64,000 nt of DNA from Anthoceros angustus. Lineage: Eukaryota; Plantae; Anthocerotophyta. Position numbers and translations under genes: made by a program. The notes under the pieces are model-generated. The model was not told where the DNA came from. It worked only from the letters and a program-made list of their open reading frames with translations, and searched no databases. This document shows positions 21,776 through 34,576 of this stretch, one piece after another. The stretch spans positions 62,001-126,000 of the forward strand of contig VJWM01000007.1 in the NCBI GenBank assembly GCA_010909165.1, written 5' to 3'. Each line of letters starts with the position of its first letter. Within the stretch, counting starts at the first letter, position 1.

Positions 21776-24749
21776 ACCCATGGGAAGTTCTAACCATATG
21801 TTACTTGGTGTGGGCTGCCACAGTTCTCGGTGTCTCTTATAAGGGACAGCTATGCCAATGTTTTGGACCAGGTGACTAGAAGTTTTCATTACTGGCTTGA
21901 AGAATGTTTTTTTGCTTGGTTCTGACTTCCTTTCCTTCTGTGGACAGGAGACACTGTTGCCACCAGAAGAACGAATATCCAAGATCTTTGTGATGCGGGT
22001 ATGTGATTGCATTTGGTGGCTCTTTTCCAGTTGATGCTTAGACAAGCCTTAGTAAACACCTGAGTATATCTCTGCCGCAGTTATAATCCCATATCCAGAG
22101 CCCTATCAGACCTTCAGTCAACATCGACGTCTGGGGGCCATAGGCATGGTTAGGGAGCCCCCTTAAGTAATGCTAGCAGTCGGGATGACAAATGATGACA
22201 TTATTGCTGGGGAAGGCATTGTAGTACAACCGCGGCTGAGGTGGGATCCTCCAGTTTCATTAATGATGTCGTACATTGGGAGCCAGCAGCTGCGAGCAGT
22301 GAGGACGGATCTGACTACAGTGTAAGCGATGACAGAGAGTCAGGACGACGTAGGAAGTCTCAGAAGCTTGGACAAAATGAAGAGGAAAGAGGAGATACTG
22401 AAGATGAGGTTCAGCTCAGGCGTTGAAGGGAAAACAAGAGAAAGGCAGAGGTGCTATTTCGAAAACCCTGTTGGCACAAGGATGTGGAAAGTGTCGTGGG
22501 CTTCTCCACATGTTCAAGTGCTGATTCCCTGCTGCATTGTTGCAGGATACTGTTTGTACTTATGTCAGAAGGAAGCTGAGGAGGAAGAGTCGTAACAAGG
22601 TGATGGAGTTTCCATATGAGAAACGTTATGAAAGGGGTTCTGGACAACGAAGACAATCGAGACCTCCAGTTGCAGGGACCTCATCTACAGGGGCAGCAAA
22701 CAGGATGCACCTCGATCAAAGAGGAGCTACAAAACACGCACTTCGCCTCGTCAAGAACATATTTGATGATGAGGATGATAATGCTATGACATTGATGATG
22801 ATACCGATAATGAGAATGGTGTTGAGAATGATGATAATGAGGAGAATGAGAACGGAAATGACAATTCCAATGGCAATTAGCCAGTGTCAGTAGCTGGAGA
22901 TGGGATGGATCACTCAGCACGGAATCTCAGGAGGGCTCAGAAAGCAAATGAATTTCAGGGAGAGTTTGGTACCCAGCTTGTACGCAACAAAAGAAAACAA
23001 GAGGAGAAATCTGATGCACAGGAGCAGAGTGGGGGGCAGGACCTGGCTCTGAAACCAAGCATCTCAAAATTCGCCGAATTTTATGGGGTCACTAAACCGA
23101 GATCCCGAGGAGGAGGCTGCAAGAAACAATGAAGATCGGTCAGGAAGGTGAAAGTGACTTGAAGGGGGATATGCTTGCAGACATATGGGGGCAGCCTGAT
23201 CCACACAAACATCATGTACATGGCCAAAGCTTATTTTCGAGTATCCAAGATCCAGCAGTGACCCAGAGGAAGCTCTTCTGAGCAATGATGTAAAAATGTT
23301 GCTCGACGAGTGCTTAGCTGTGGTCGAGCAATATGAGGAATCAACTTTGCCGACAGGTCATAACAATACTCCTCCCAGAATGCCTGCTAATGTAACACAC
23401 ACGGAAAACGTGTACACATCTCTTGCTGTCTCACAGCTGACACGACATCTGTCTGGAGCCTGGAAGCCTGGCTCCTGGACGACAGGGTGGCATTCAATTT
23501 GGAAGAGTCCGAGACAAGGGACAAACTTTATCATTGCTTTGATGGACGCTATCGTTGAGTGCTCGACAGCAAATGTCTACATCATTTTCACAGGCATGAC
23601 TGGCAAGCTCATGAAGATGGAGATAGGTGAAGCATCTGAGAAAAATGTCAATGGCCCCAGGTGTACAGCACACTCACTAAAGGGCTATACTGGATTATAT
23701 ACACAAACCTCGGACGAGTGAGTTATCAACATAAAAACCCGGAACCAAACAGGCTGCAAACTTCCCTACGCTGTAGGGTGCAACATAGACAGCCCACAGG
23801 CCCAGACTGGCCTGGGAGAGTTTGAAGTGGGTGTTGGCAGCAGCCTGGTAGCCAGCCTCATAAGCTCTTCCTCCAAAGCCATAACGAAACCCAACAACCT
23901 CTCGTTCAATCCATCAGGTGTTTTTACAAGCCCATTCAACCAGAGGATCGCTGATCTGGACGTCTTGAAACCAAAAGCTTCAAAACTACAGCTAAGCTCT
24001 GGAACTCGCTGATCTTGACCAATACACGCTCTTCAGCTAGTTCCAGAGGTTGTTGGGTTCACGATAGAAAAACAAAAGCTGGTAAGAAGGAGCCAACCTT
24101 CTCTACCTGGTACGAAGGAGCCAATAATTAAAATATAAAATGTTATAGTAGCCGGAGGGTGGACCGGTACCACAACAAGTGTCCCATGGTTACTGGCGCT
24201 TGCCGGTAGCCGCTAGACCCACAACCCCCATAGGTCCTTCTCATGTTACTCAATCTATACTATAATATTTTATATCTTAATTATTTAAATTAAATCTATG
24301 ATATTATTATAGTTATTATGATGCATGGCAGTCTCACCCTCTCATTTTAACTTCTAGCATTATATAAATATAAAACAACAAGGACAATAACCATGGAACT
24401 ACATACATATGTCTATTTCTAGGACCTAAAATATATTGTTATTGTGATTCATGACTATAATCTTGGACGTAGAATAATATGTGGATATTGTAATGATTAC
24501 GGAAGTTAAAAATTTTGTTATTGTGACGGCTATAGTAGATATTATAGCAATATCCTCACAATACATATATTTATCGCAATATCAACATATCTTAGGTCAA
24601 CAAGATATCATCACAATATCATCATATATCATGATATATAGGACTTAAAATATTTGCTTATTATATGACTCTGGTCTACACATACACGCTTAAAAAAACA
24701 GGCGTCTAGAAGTGTACATCATTGACACTTTGTTGATTCAACTTCGTGC

Positions 24750-25060
24750 ATTTGCCCAGAGGCACCTTGAGAACCCAAACAACTTGGCTATTATTTGGTC
24801 TATTTGCCCAGAGGCACCTTGAGAACCCAAACAACTTGGCTATTATTTGGTCTGATAAGTACAAGAAAGCTTGGATGACCATGGATATGTCTAAACAATT
24901 CCTGAAACATTTTGCCGATTATTTGATCTTATAAGTACAAGAAAGCTTGGATGACCATGCATTTATCTGAACAATTCCTGAAAGATTTTGAACGCGAGGT
25001 AGTTGCAACAGCCGAACAAGAGAGTTATTAATATTGGATAATTGTCCTGGACATTGCCAC
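24750..25060 (+). mobile_element. pogo/Tigger-like (DDE_1) transposase remnant with internal duplications
   Basis: NNLAIIWSDKYKKAWMTMDMSKQFL / AWMTMHLSEQFLKDFERE...LILDNCPGH matches the N.KAWMT..F..W....LLLDN.PGH core. Confidence 0.65.
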
Positions 25061-25103
25061 AATATTGAAGATTAAATAAGGTCTGTGCTTAACGGGCTAT
25101 TTC

Positions 25104-25290
25104 CTAGAAGCCCATTCGGTGTCATTTACGGAAAGCACAATCCCATAAGAGTTTTTGAAAAAAGATTTATTTGCAAGTTCCTCGGATCTGGGCATACCCT
25201 AGAAGCCCATTCGGTGTCATTTACAGAAATCACAATCCCATAAGAGTTTCTGAAAAAAGATCTATTTGCAAGTTCCTCGGATTTGGGCAT
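25104..25290. repeat. 2 x about 95-bp tandem duplication
   Basis: CTAGAAGCCCATTCGGTGTCATTTAC...TTGCAAGTTCCTCGGAT(C/T)TGGGCAT occurs twice. Confidence 0.9.
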
Positions 25291-25690
25291 GTATGTGGAC
25301 ACTGCAAACTGGCCCATTGACCATACGAAGAGTAGACTGGCGCATCCGAAGTTGAGTGCGGCAAAGATAACCTTGGTTTATTGATGCACCTAGCTTTCCA
25401 AATGAGGCATTTTTTATAAGGTTTGACTTAGGTACACCGATAGAGCAGCGCACTACTGGCGCACTCATGTAAGGGTGCACCTATCAACCTTTTTTTAAGG
25501 TTATCTTATGGGTCCAAAGTAGTCTTACAAAGAAAAAGACACCCAAAGATTCGCATTTCAAAGGCCTTTGAAATGACGTCTTTTTTGTAAGATTTGACTT
25601 GCTATGCACTGACCTATCGACGATTTACTTCTACCTTTATCAACGGATAATCTCGCACCCAAGACCACACACAAAGAAGGCTAGCATGCG

Positions 25691-27607
25691 CATGAAATGA
25701 GGCGATTTCAATGCATGTTCTAGTTCAAAGGATGGCACCCCATCCTAGTACCGTTTGCAAGGCACTTAACTATGAAGTTTTTGATATTGAGTGGTCTATG
25801 AGCACCCCCACTCTTGGAGGTGCACTCAACCGGTCATACTCATACAAGGGTGCACCGTATATTGTTTTTGAAGGTTTTCTCAAACCGATTGAGGTTAGAT
25901 TTTAACAAAAAAAGGCACTCGGAGATGGGTATTTCAAAGGCCGTTCAAATGAGATAACTCTTATAAGGTTTGAATAATTATGCCCCGATCTTTCGCACAC
26001 TCATCCAAGGGTGCCGTGGTTCTGCCATTTTTGAACATTTCCTCAAGCATCTGAGGTCATATTACAACGAAAAAGACACCCATAGATGCATTTTAAAGGT
26101 CTTTCAAATGAAATGTTTTCTTTTTCATAAGGTTTGACTAACTTTGTGCCGGTCTACCGGCGCACTCATATTCTAAGATATGGCATATTATTTTTTGACT
26201 ATGATCAATATTTATCACAGAAGAGTGTGCTGCTCCGTGAGGAAACTTGAACCGATCATCTATATATCTATCATAGTACAAGCATTCTAAATTATGTATT
26301 GCTCTTTTCCTTGTCTCCTTCCTTCTATGCATGCATGCATGAAATGAGGCGATTTCAATGCATGTTCTAGTTCAAAGGATGGCACCCCATCCTAGTACCG
26401 CTTGCAAGGCACTTAACTATGAAGTTTTGATATTGAGTGGTCTATGAGCACCCCCACTCTTGAGGTGCACTCAACCCAGTCATACTCATACAAGGGTGCA
26501 CGTATATTGTTTTTGAAGGTTTTCTCAAACCGATTGAGGTTAGATTTTAACAAAAAGGCACTCGAGATGGGTATTTCAAAGGCCGTTCAAATGAGATAAC
26601 TCTTATAAGGTTTGAATAATTATGCCCGATCTTTCGCACACTCATCCAAGGGTGCCGTGGTTCTCATTTTTGAACATTTCCTCAAGCATCGAGGTCATAT
26701 TACAACGAAAAGACACCCATAGATGCATTTTAAAGGTCTTTCAAATGAAATGTTTTCTTTTCATAAGGTTTGACTAACTTTGTGCGGTCTGCGCACTCAT
26801 ATTCTAAGATATGGCATATTATTTTTTGACTATGATCAATATTTATCACAGAAGAGTGTGCTGCTCCGTGAGGAAACTTGAACCGATCATCTATATATCT
26901 ATCATAGTACAAGCATTCTAAATTATGTATTGCTCTTTTCCTTGTCTCCTTCCTTCTATGTCATGCATGCATGAAATGAGGCGATTTCAATGCATGTTCT
27001 AGTTCAAAGGATGGCACCCCATCCTAGTACCGCTCAGGCACTTAACTATGAAGTTTTGATATTGAGTGGTCTATGAGCACCCCCACTCTTGAGGTGCACT
27101 CAACCCAGTCATACTCATACAAGGGTGCACGTATATTGTTTTTGAAGGTTTTCTCAAACCGATTGAGGTTAGATTTTAACAAAAAAAGGCACTCGGAGAT
27201 GGGTATTTCAAAGGCCGTTCAAATGAGATAACTCTTATAAGGTTTGAATAATTATGCCCCGATCTTTCGGCACACTCATCCAAGGGTGCCGTGTCTGCCA
27301 TTTTTGAACATTTCCTCAAGCATCTGAGGTCATATTACAACGAAAAAGACACCCATAGATGCATTTTAAAGGTCTTTCAAATGAAATGTTTTCTTTTTCA
27401 TAAGGTTTGACTAACTTTGTGCCGGTCTACCGGCGCACTCATATTCTAAGATATGGCATATTATTTTTTGACTATGATCAATATTTATCACAGTAAGAGT
27501 GTGCCAGCTCCAGCGAGGAAACTTGAACCGATCATCTATATATCTATCATAGTACAAGCATTCTAAATTATGTATTGCTCTTTTCCCTTGTCTCCTTCCC
27601 TTCTATG
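25691..27607. repeat. 3 x about 640-bp tandem repeat with internal subrepeats
   Basis: Units start CATGAAATGAGGCGATTTC at 25691, 26338 and 26970. Internal motifs AAAAGACACCCA, TTTCAAAGG..TCAAATGA and ATAAGGTTTGA also occur upstream at 25400-25620. Confidence 0.93.
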
Positions 27608-27889
27608 CTTGTCTGTCTGTGCATTATTAGTTCGTCTTTTTATTTTATCTTCTATTTTCTTATCACAACTATCATTCATTTTTCTTCTATGTTTGTCTAT
27701 CCATCATTAGCTCATTTTTTATTTTTTTATTTTCTCAATAGTTTGTTCTTCTATTTTCTTATTACAACTATCATTTATTTTCTTTCTTTCTTTTTTTTCA
27801 GTGTGGGCTTTCAATGTTCAAGGCAAAAGAGACATCATATGATACTCATAGTGTGCGCCGGCCCATGATTCACAGCAACTAGAAAATTC

Positions 27890-28105
27890 TTCAGTGGAGC
27901 GTCCCTTTCAATCGGCTCTTCGACGAGGGGGAACACGAGAGGCGGAAAAGGCCGCGTTTGGAGCCTGCCGCGCCCCTGGTGGAGACTGCGGTACTCGCGC
28001 TTCATTATGAGAGGGATGTATTGGAGTCATCGGAGCTGGAGCGATCATGTGTTGACGGAAATCGGCTCGACTTATCCAGCCAAGCTCCACATGCACACTG
28101 CCAAG
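27890..28105 (+). pseudogene. Orphan coding fragment related to 31880-32330
   Basis: NRLFDEGEHERRKRPRLEPAAPL is similar to HRLFKEGEEEQARH*RPRLEL at about 32190. Confidence 0.4.
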
Positions 28106-28729
28106 GAGGTGAACATGGAAAATGGGAACATCGATAGCTTTAAGGCAATTGGCTTGACCACAGCTGCTAAATTCTTCCTAGTATAAAGGAATCTCGATAT
28201 GCGAGCCTTAGTTGCTTGCGTTGTAAACCAAAACTAGAAGATGCATGACATTTCAAATATTCTTTTTTCTATATCATTTTCAATTTTCTTTTCTCCTTTT
28301 TTTAGTTTTCGTATTTTTATTTCCTTATTCTCTTTTCCTTTTGTATTCTTGTATTCCTTCTTCCCCTTTTCTTTTTTCCCTTTTTCAACTTTTATCCTTC
28401 TCTGGCTACGTACTTTGTCCTCCCTTGAGGATTGACACGGTAGTCAGGAGTTCGTTGGAATTTTGTTGTTAACCCCAAAAAAATCACCCCACAAGATGGG
28501 TGCACATAGACCAATTGAGACAAAAACTCCAAAGTTAAATAGCCTGCGAGCGAATCAGTATCAAGATGGGATGTCATCTGCTTGGCAATTCGAAAAATTT
28601 GTAAATCTTCCCACTATGTGGTGTGCTAGCCTCCCTTGCACGAGACTTTCTACTTCATAAAGTGTGGAATAATAAATAATAGTTTCTATGGCATATCTTT
28701 GAAAATATCAATAATTTAATAACAAAGGG

Positions 28730-28930
28730 GGAATGTGGAGACTTTATAAGAAGAACGAGATGGGAGATCTCATCTACCCCGAGATGAAAGGGGACAACCC
28801 ACGACGGACACGTGCCGGGGGCGTGCCTGACTTATCTATTGTATAACCTCCAACCGCCCCCCATATGTCACCGTCCGAGATAGGGAAGGGCCTACTTACC
28901 ACTGGTGCCGCCGATGCCGCGACGAGATGG
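28730..28930 (-). mobile_element. 3' end of the CRE-like family
   Basis: Minus strand: SAPVVSRPFPISDGDIWGAVGGY, then GGGTTGTCCCC...GTAGATGAGATCTCCCATCTC...TTATAAAGTCTCCAC. Confidence 0.7.
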
Positions 28931-30248
28931 GAACAAAGCAATTTGAGGTCGTAGTCCTTGTGAAGAGCTATCTATTTGTATGAAAGTTATCATAAAAAGA
29001 TACGTGAAATAGTAGATAATTGATCTTGTTTTTACTTTTTGATGAAACACTGTTTGTTTCTTTTGCTTGGTTTCGAAAATTTAGACCATCATAGTCCATG
29101 ATTGTGTTTAGAGAGATCTTTTTGAGGTCTACAACCTAAGTTAGCATGAAAAAGGCGAGAAAATGATGTTCATATGAGCTTAGAAACTTGTGAGTTTTGG
29201 AAAGAAAATTATGATTTTGGAGAAAAAAATTATGCATATGTCACGTATGCTTATTTTAGGCTCTCTTAGAAAAAATATCCAAAAAAAAACTTTAAAATTT
29301 TGAGCAAAAGTGGTCAAAAACTCTACGAGAAACAAATAGAATCATGTAAGTTTCTATGGTTTAAATAAATTTCATTAATATTTTATGAATTTAATATTGT
29401 AAAAAAAATATATGTAGAATTACCAGCAAAGAAAAACTACTCAAATAGTGGTTAAAAAATTCTGTAAAACAAAAGAGATATAGTAAAACCTACCCTCAAA
29501 GTCTCAATTCGAGCTCCTTCAACATTCTAGGCAACCCTCTGGTCAGATCACTGCTGGGAGTGATGGGATACCACCGATCCCCACCAACTCCAAGCCCTTT
29601 GTGGCCTGCTTGTTCTGAAGGCCTTTGGAGCTGCCTGAAATAGATCTCTTTCGTCTCACCCGCAAAAAAGGGCCGCTGATGTAAGTTTTTGAAGCTTCTC
29701 GGGGCCACTTGGTAAATGATGTGTGTTGTCTCGTCTGCCAACAAGGCCGCTATTTTAGGCAATTGGCGCAATTACAATTGCCAAATCTGTTCTACATTAG
29801 GACATCCTAATATGCTAGCCTTAGTTGCTTGCGTCGGAAATCGAAACTGGAAGTTGCATGACGTTTCGCTCCCGAAGTCAAATCTATGCTTATGCTCAAA
29901 GCGCATATGAGAAATAGACATTTCATGATAGCAAGATACCTGGTTAGCAAGAGTAGGCTAAATTGCCACTTACCTTGAAACAAGTGAGACCTTGATCGCG
30001 AGGTGATTTGGCTAGAGCTCCCTTAGAACCAAACGATGTTAGTCAAGATATGTTTTGATTTGATAGCTGGAGAACCTTTACAAGAGTACAAACCATAAGC
30101 TACTAGAGAGGGATTGTGCATCGAAACAACTTTTGTCAAAAGGGCAGCCCCATGGAAGCGGCCCATTCTGCTCTTGCTAACTTTTTTGTGGTCGCAACTT
30201 TAAAGTTGCGCAACTTTAAAGTTGCGACAAACTTTTCTCCACTATTTC

Positions 30249-30358
30249 CCAAGTTCTCTCCATCTTGGACCCCATAAGCAAACACAAGTTCTCTCCACTC
30301 TTGGACCCCATAAGTAAACACAAGTTCTCTCCACCTTGGACCTCATAATGAACAGTAG
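30249..30358. repeat. 3 x about 36-bp tandem repeat
   Basis: CAAGTTCTCTCCA(T/C)CTTGGACCCCATAAG(C/T)AAACA units. Confidence 0.85.
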
Positions 30359-30379
30359 TGAATGACTTTACGTCTGGCA

Positions 30380-30640
30380 ATACACATGCACAATATATCC
30401 ATCTTCTTCTTTGATTATGACTTCGATCACAATAAGAATTAAAAGTTTATGCAAGATAACGATGCATTAATAATACACATGCACAATATATCCATCTTCT
30501 TGTTCGATTTTATTAAAAGTTTATGCAAGATAACGATGCATTAATAATACACATGCACAATATATCCATCTTCTTGTTCGATTTTAACCTCGATCACAAT
30601 AAGAATTAAAAGTTTATGCAAGATAACGATGCATTAATAA
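30380..30640. repeat. 3 x about 75-95 bp tandem repeat
   Basis: ATACACATGCACAATATATCCATCTTCTT...AAAAGTTTATGCAAGATAACGATGCATTAATA is repeated three times. Confidence 0.85.
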
Positions 30641-31216
30641 TATTAGATATAGACCGCTTATAAAATAGGAACTAGAATGTAAAATGATCCGATTATGATG
30701 TACATATAGAGAACTATGCTTTCATTATCTTGATATCACAATGAGAATATTGGAGTATCTTATTCCAAGGCCTAATATACCTGGCTCCCATGTTTCCGTT
30801 ATCTCGCTATCACAATGGGCATATTGGAGTACCATATTCCAAGATCTAATATACATCGATATTACTACTTGACTATGGTTTATATATGCATAAAGAGTAC
30901 AAGCATCCTTAAGTGTTTGTACTCTTTTTTTCCTTTATTTTCTTCCCTTCTATGTTTTCTCTCTCTCTATTACTTCAATCTCTATCCTTCTTTTCATCAT
31001 TTTTTCTCTATTTTTTTAATATCTATTATTTATTCTCCTTTTTTTTTTCTTGTTGCTACTACTAAGATAGTATGCAGTCATGTTAAGATTATTTTCATGG
31101 ATGCGTGGTATGTCAATAGGCGACATCCATGGACTCATAATTCATTTATCACCTGATCTTAGAGAACACCTCTTTACTGATTTAATTAAATATCACATAC
31201 CTTGTGATAGTTAATG

Positions 31217-31395
31217 TGTGTCCAAATGGCTTAGGCCAAATGGACACACATTTATAAGAACGTCGTGATTAAGCGCATCCTGCACTTAGATGGATTGCCT
31301 AAAGGGAGCCCTTGGTGCAAGTAGGTTAGGCACACCATGGTACAAGTTGTTGAGTACAAGTCCCATGACGGAAATCCGTCCTTAGTGGACTTAAA
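31217..31395 (-). repeat. Second copy of the 499-690 dispersed repeat
   Basis: Contains the hairpin GTGTGTCCA-AATGGCTTAGGCCAAA-TGGACACAC and CCGTCCTTAGTGGACTTA. Confidence 0.75.
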
Positions 31396-31649
31396 TAAAA
31401 TTCTTCTTCTTCTTCTTCTTGATTGACGCCCTGTGAGAACGAAAAATTGTTGAGTTTTGTTATGGCTCTTCAGCACGGGTTTTATAAAGCAAACGAGAAA
31501 ACAGGCCTCCTCGGACCTCGGTGCGTGATCTGGCCGACTTGGAGAGAGGTGGAGAGAACAATTTGGGAAGCCTCCCTGCAATGGGAACGGACACCACATC
31601 CGCAACAAGAATAGGGAGCGCAACGGCAACGGGAGGAAGAACAGGAACG

Positions 31650-32165
31650 AACAGCGCATACGTAACGAGAATGGGGAGTAAGAGCTTTTCTGCTTTGCCC
31701 TAACGTTAACAGCGGGGATGCGATTGGATGCATAAGTCCAGGCATAGGCTTACGAGATTGGATGTGGCAGTCTAGGCGTAGGCTATTTAGCATGGTAGTG
31801 GGTGGATTTTCCATGTTGAAGGCTAAAAAGAGATGAGCCATACTGACAATGCGCTGCGGCCCGTGATGCACAACTACTGTGCAATTCGTCGGGTGCGGTG
31901 CATCGGCTCTTCAAAGAGGAGGAAGAACAGGCAGCAGATACGTAACGAGAATGGGAGTAAGAGTCACGCTTTGCCCTAACGTTAACGGGGATGCGATTGG
32001 ATGCGATTGGATGCATAAGTCCAGGCATAGGCTTACGAGATTGGATGTGGCAGTCTAGGCGTAGGCTATTTAGCATGGTAGTGGGTGGATTTTCCATGTT
32101 GAAGGCTAAAAAGAGATGAGCCATACTGACAATGCGCTGCGGCCCGTGATGCACAACTACCAGGC
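31650..32165. repeat. Tandem duplication of about 285 bp inside a degraded coding fragment
   Basis: ATACGTAACGAGAATGGG...GATGCGATTGGATGCATAAGTCCAGGC...GTGATGCACAACTAC occurs at about 31655-31878 and 31938-32160. Confidence 0.88.
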
Positions 32166-32419
32166 AATTCGTCGGAGTGGCACGGTGCATCGGCTCTTCA
32201 AAGAGGGAGAGGAAGAGCAAGCGAGGCATTAGAGGCCTCGGCTGGAGCTGCAGGTAGAGAAGCTGAGCATGACGTATGCTCGCTCCCGCTCCTTCTGCCG
32301 TAGGCAGGGGTGAGCCCGTAAATTTATGTATGCTTTCGGTGCATATTGAGAAGACATGCTTCGCTCGTAATAGGACACCTTTGATAAATTATGAAGGCAA
32401 CAATCATGAATTGCTCATG

Positions 32420-32860
32420 TATGCTGCTGGAAGCAACTAGCAATTATCTGAGAGCTTGTGTTAGGCACACCTGTGTTTGCGCTTGTCCAAGCATCCCATG
32501 TGATCACTGCTTTCTTTGTGTTCATGCTTTCAAAAACCGGGCGTTCTTCTTTCACTTCACCACATTTTGCATACATGTCCACCAGGCAGTTGCCAACAAA
32601 CCAGTCAAATCGAAGTGCACGTTTCTGCTAGATTCATGTCAGGCAGGACTAGTGTAGAGACGTGAGCCTCCGCCTTCACTCTTGACGATTGCATCTCATG
32701 GTACACTTGTATTGCCGCAGTATATTTCCCGAGCTTACCATATGCAAAGATTTTGGAAAACCACATGAAGGCATATGGTTTGCCCATTCTGGTGAACGCA
32801 TCCATAGCCTTTGTGCTACTCCATCCATGCAAGACTACCTTGACATTCATACATGCGCAA
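32420..32860 (-). pseudogene. PLS-class PPR gene fragment
   Basis: MWFSKIFAYGKLGKYTAAIQVYHEMQSSRVKA..., then VGNCLVDMYAKCG, with frameshifts. Confidence 0.7.
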
Positions 32861-33551
32861 GATACGGTTCCTTAATCATAAATCCGACGGGTTCGTACAC
32901 GATCGTTTGACAGTGACGTCATTCAACTCGTCGCACCACAATCACATCCTTCTTTAATGGCTGCAGAGAGTTTCAGCACAGTGTAGACAGACAGAGAAAT
33001 AGCAGAGTCTGTCTTGTAACGACGCCCGATCCTTCACGCCTGCAGCTGCTAGGTTCAAGGTTGTAAATCCGGAGAGCTGGACTATCTAAAGGACATGCAC
33101 CATGACCCATAAACATATCCAAAGAAACAACAATTACCATGATATTGCAATAATCACCATGATATTGCCAATCCCTCAAACCAATAGGACAGGTCCATAT
33201 ATAGCTAGAGCACATATGTTCCAGCAGGAAAGAAACATTACAGTCTCCATTTCAACGTCATGCAACCGATAACATTAGAGTTATTGCACAAGAAAAAACT
33301 AATAACATAAAAGTTTTTGTTTCCGACGTGACGTCAAGCAACTACTAAGGCTCGAGTCGAAATGTCCTATACTTAATAGAAAGGTTGAGATGTCCTACAG
33401 CCCCAAAGACTTTGGCACTTGCAGTACTTGAGCCAATTGGCTAAGTTAGTGTTGCCCCGTCTACAGCAACCAAATCCTACGCACTCTGACGTCATTCCCA
33501 TATCTCAAAGATCTCAAGGGAGTTCGATTTGACGTCATTCCCAAATCTCAA

Positions 33552-34576
33552 TCAAAGTTCGAGGTTAATCGGCACAATGCCTTGGATCTCGCCTCTGCAA
33601 GTGGGGCACGAATTTTGCAGCATTCTATGTTGCACCAAACATGCCTTGCAGTACTCGAAATGCATACACGGTTGCACCACGGTATCCTTGGGCCTAGTAA
33701 GGCAAATCCCACAATCCCTCTTGCATTGCTCCTCCTGGAGGGCGGCATCTTGGTCTGCCTTCTGCTGCACCAGTTCTGCCTCATGTGCTTCCCGCAGGTC
33801 ACGAATCTCCCTATCCTGACGCGACCTACGCATCAACAAATTAGCCCGCAAGGTCACCACCTCACAAAGTGTAGAGTCCAGCATGCGCCCGGCCTCATCC
33901 TTCTCCGCCATTAGGACTTCCATCTCACGTTCCACGGCTGCGTCCTTGGCGCGGTGTAGAAGCTCCACAACATTCTGCGCATATGTCTGCAAGGTGGCCA
34001 CATCGTGCGAGCCGATCTCCGTCACCACATGATCCGCACCTCTTGCCAGCGCCGATGAGAGGATTAACCATGAATTGTGATCGTACTCCGACACATTCCT
34101 CCGGGTAGGAACATTGTCTCCCTTGCGCGACCGAGGCCACTGCACTCTTGCACCTCCCGCCCCCTCTTGCCTCCCTCCGCGCTCAATTTGGCCCTGCCTT
34201 GTATATTCTTTAATTTCAATGGGGTGACGGCCTGATAAGGCACCAAAATATCAACTGCTTGTGCTTTTCTCTCAGCAGGCGTCATGCCACCAAGTAGCAT
34301 ATCCAGCTGCAGCCGCTTCCTCCTCCGCGTCCGCCCGGCCCCATCTCCTACATTCTCCGATGGTGTGACGTCCTCGTTATCATGATCAGCCACCAAATAA
34401 TTCACAAGAGTTTCTCTCTCGCCATGTGTCAAATCATCAAGTAGCATCTTTTGTGTATTGCTAAACCTTAGGAAATCAGCAAACAACATAATTCTCTCAT
34501 TAGCCGGCATATGAGCTACGACTGATTTTTTCTCCTCCTTGGTCAACCTAGCCAACCATAAAAATCGTTCTGACAT
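33552..34576 (-). CDS. Second intronless coiled-coil plus RING protein, paralogue of 19919-21022; one frameshift near 34150-34190 (pseudogene or consensus error)
   Basis: ORF 34576-34064 overlaps ORF 34145-33552, which ends CGICLTRPKDTVVQPCMHFEYCKACLVQHRMLQNSCPTCRGEI and shares PCMHFxYC with the first copy. Confidence 0.65.

Noticed and set aside
29496-29771. 91-aa minus-strand ORF
   Set aside because: Short, flanked by TE-like AT-rich sequence, and no recognisable domain.
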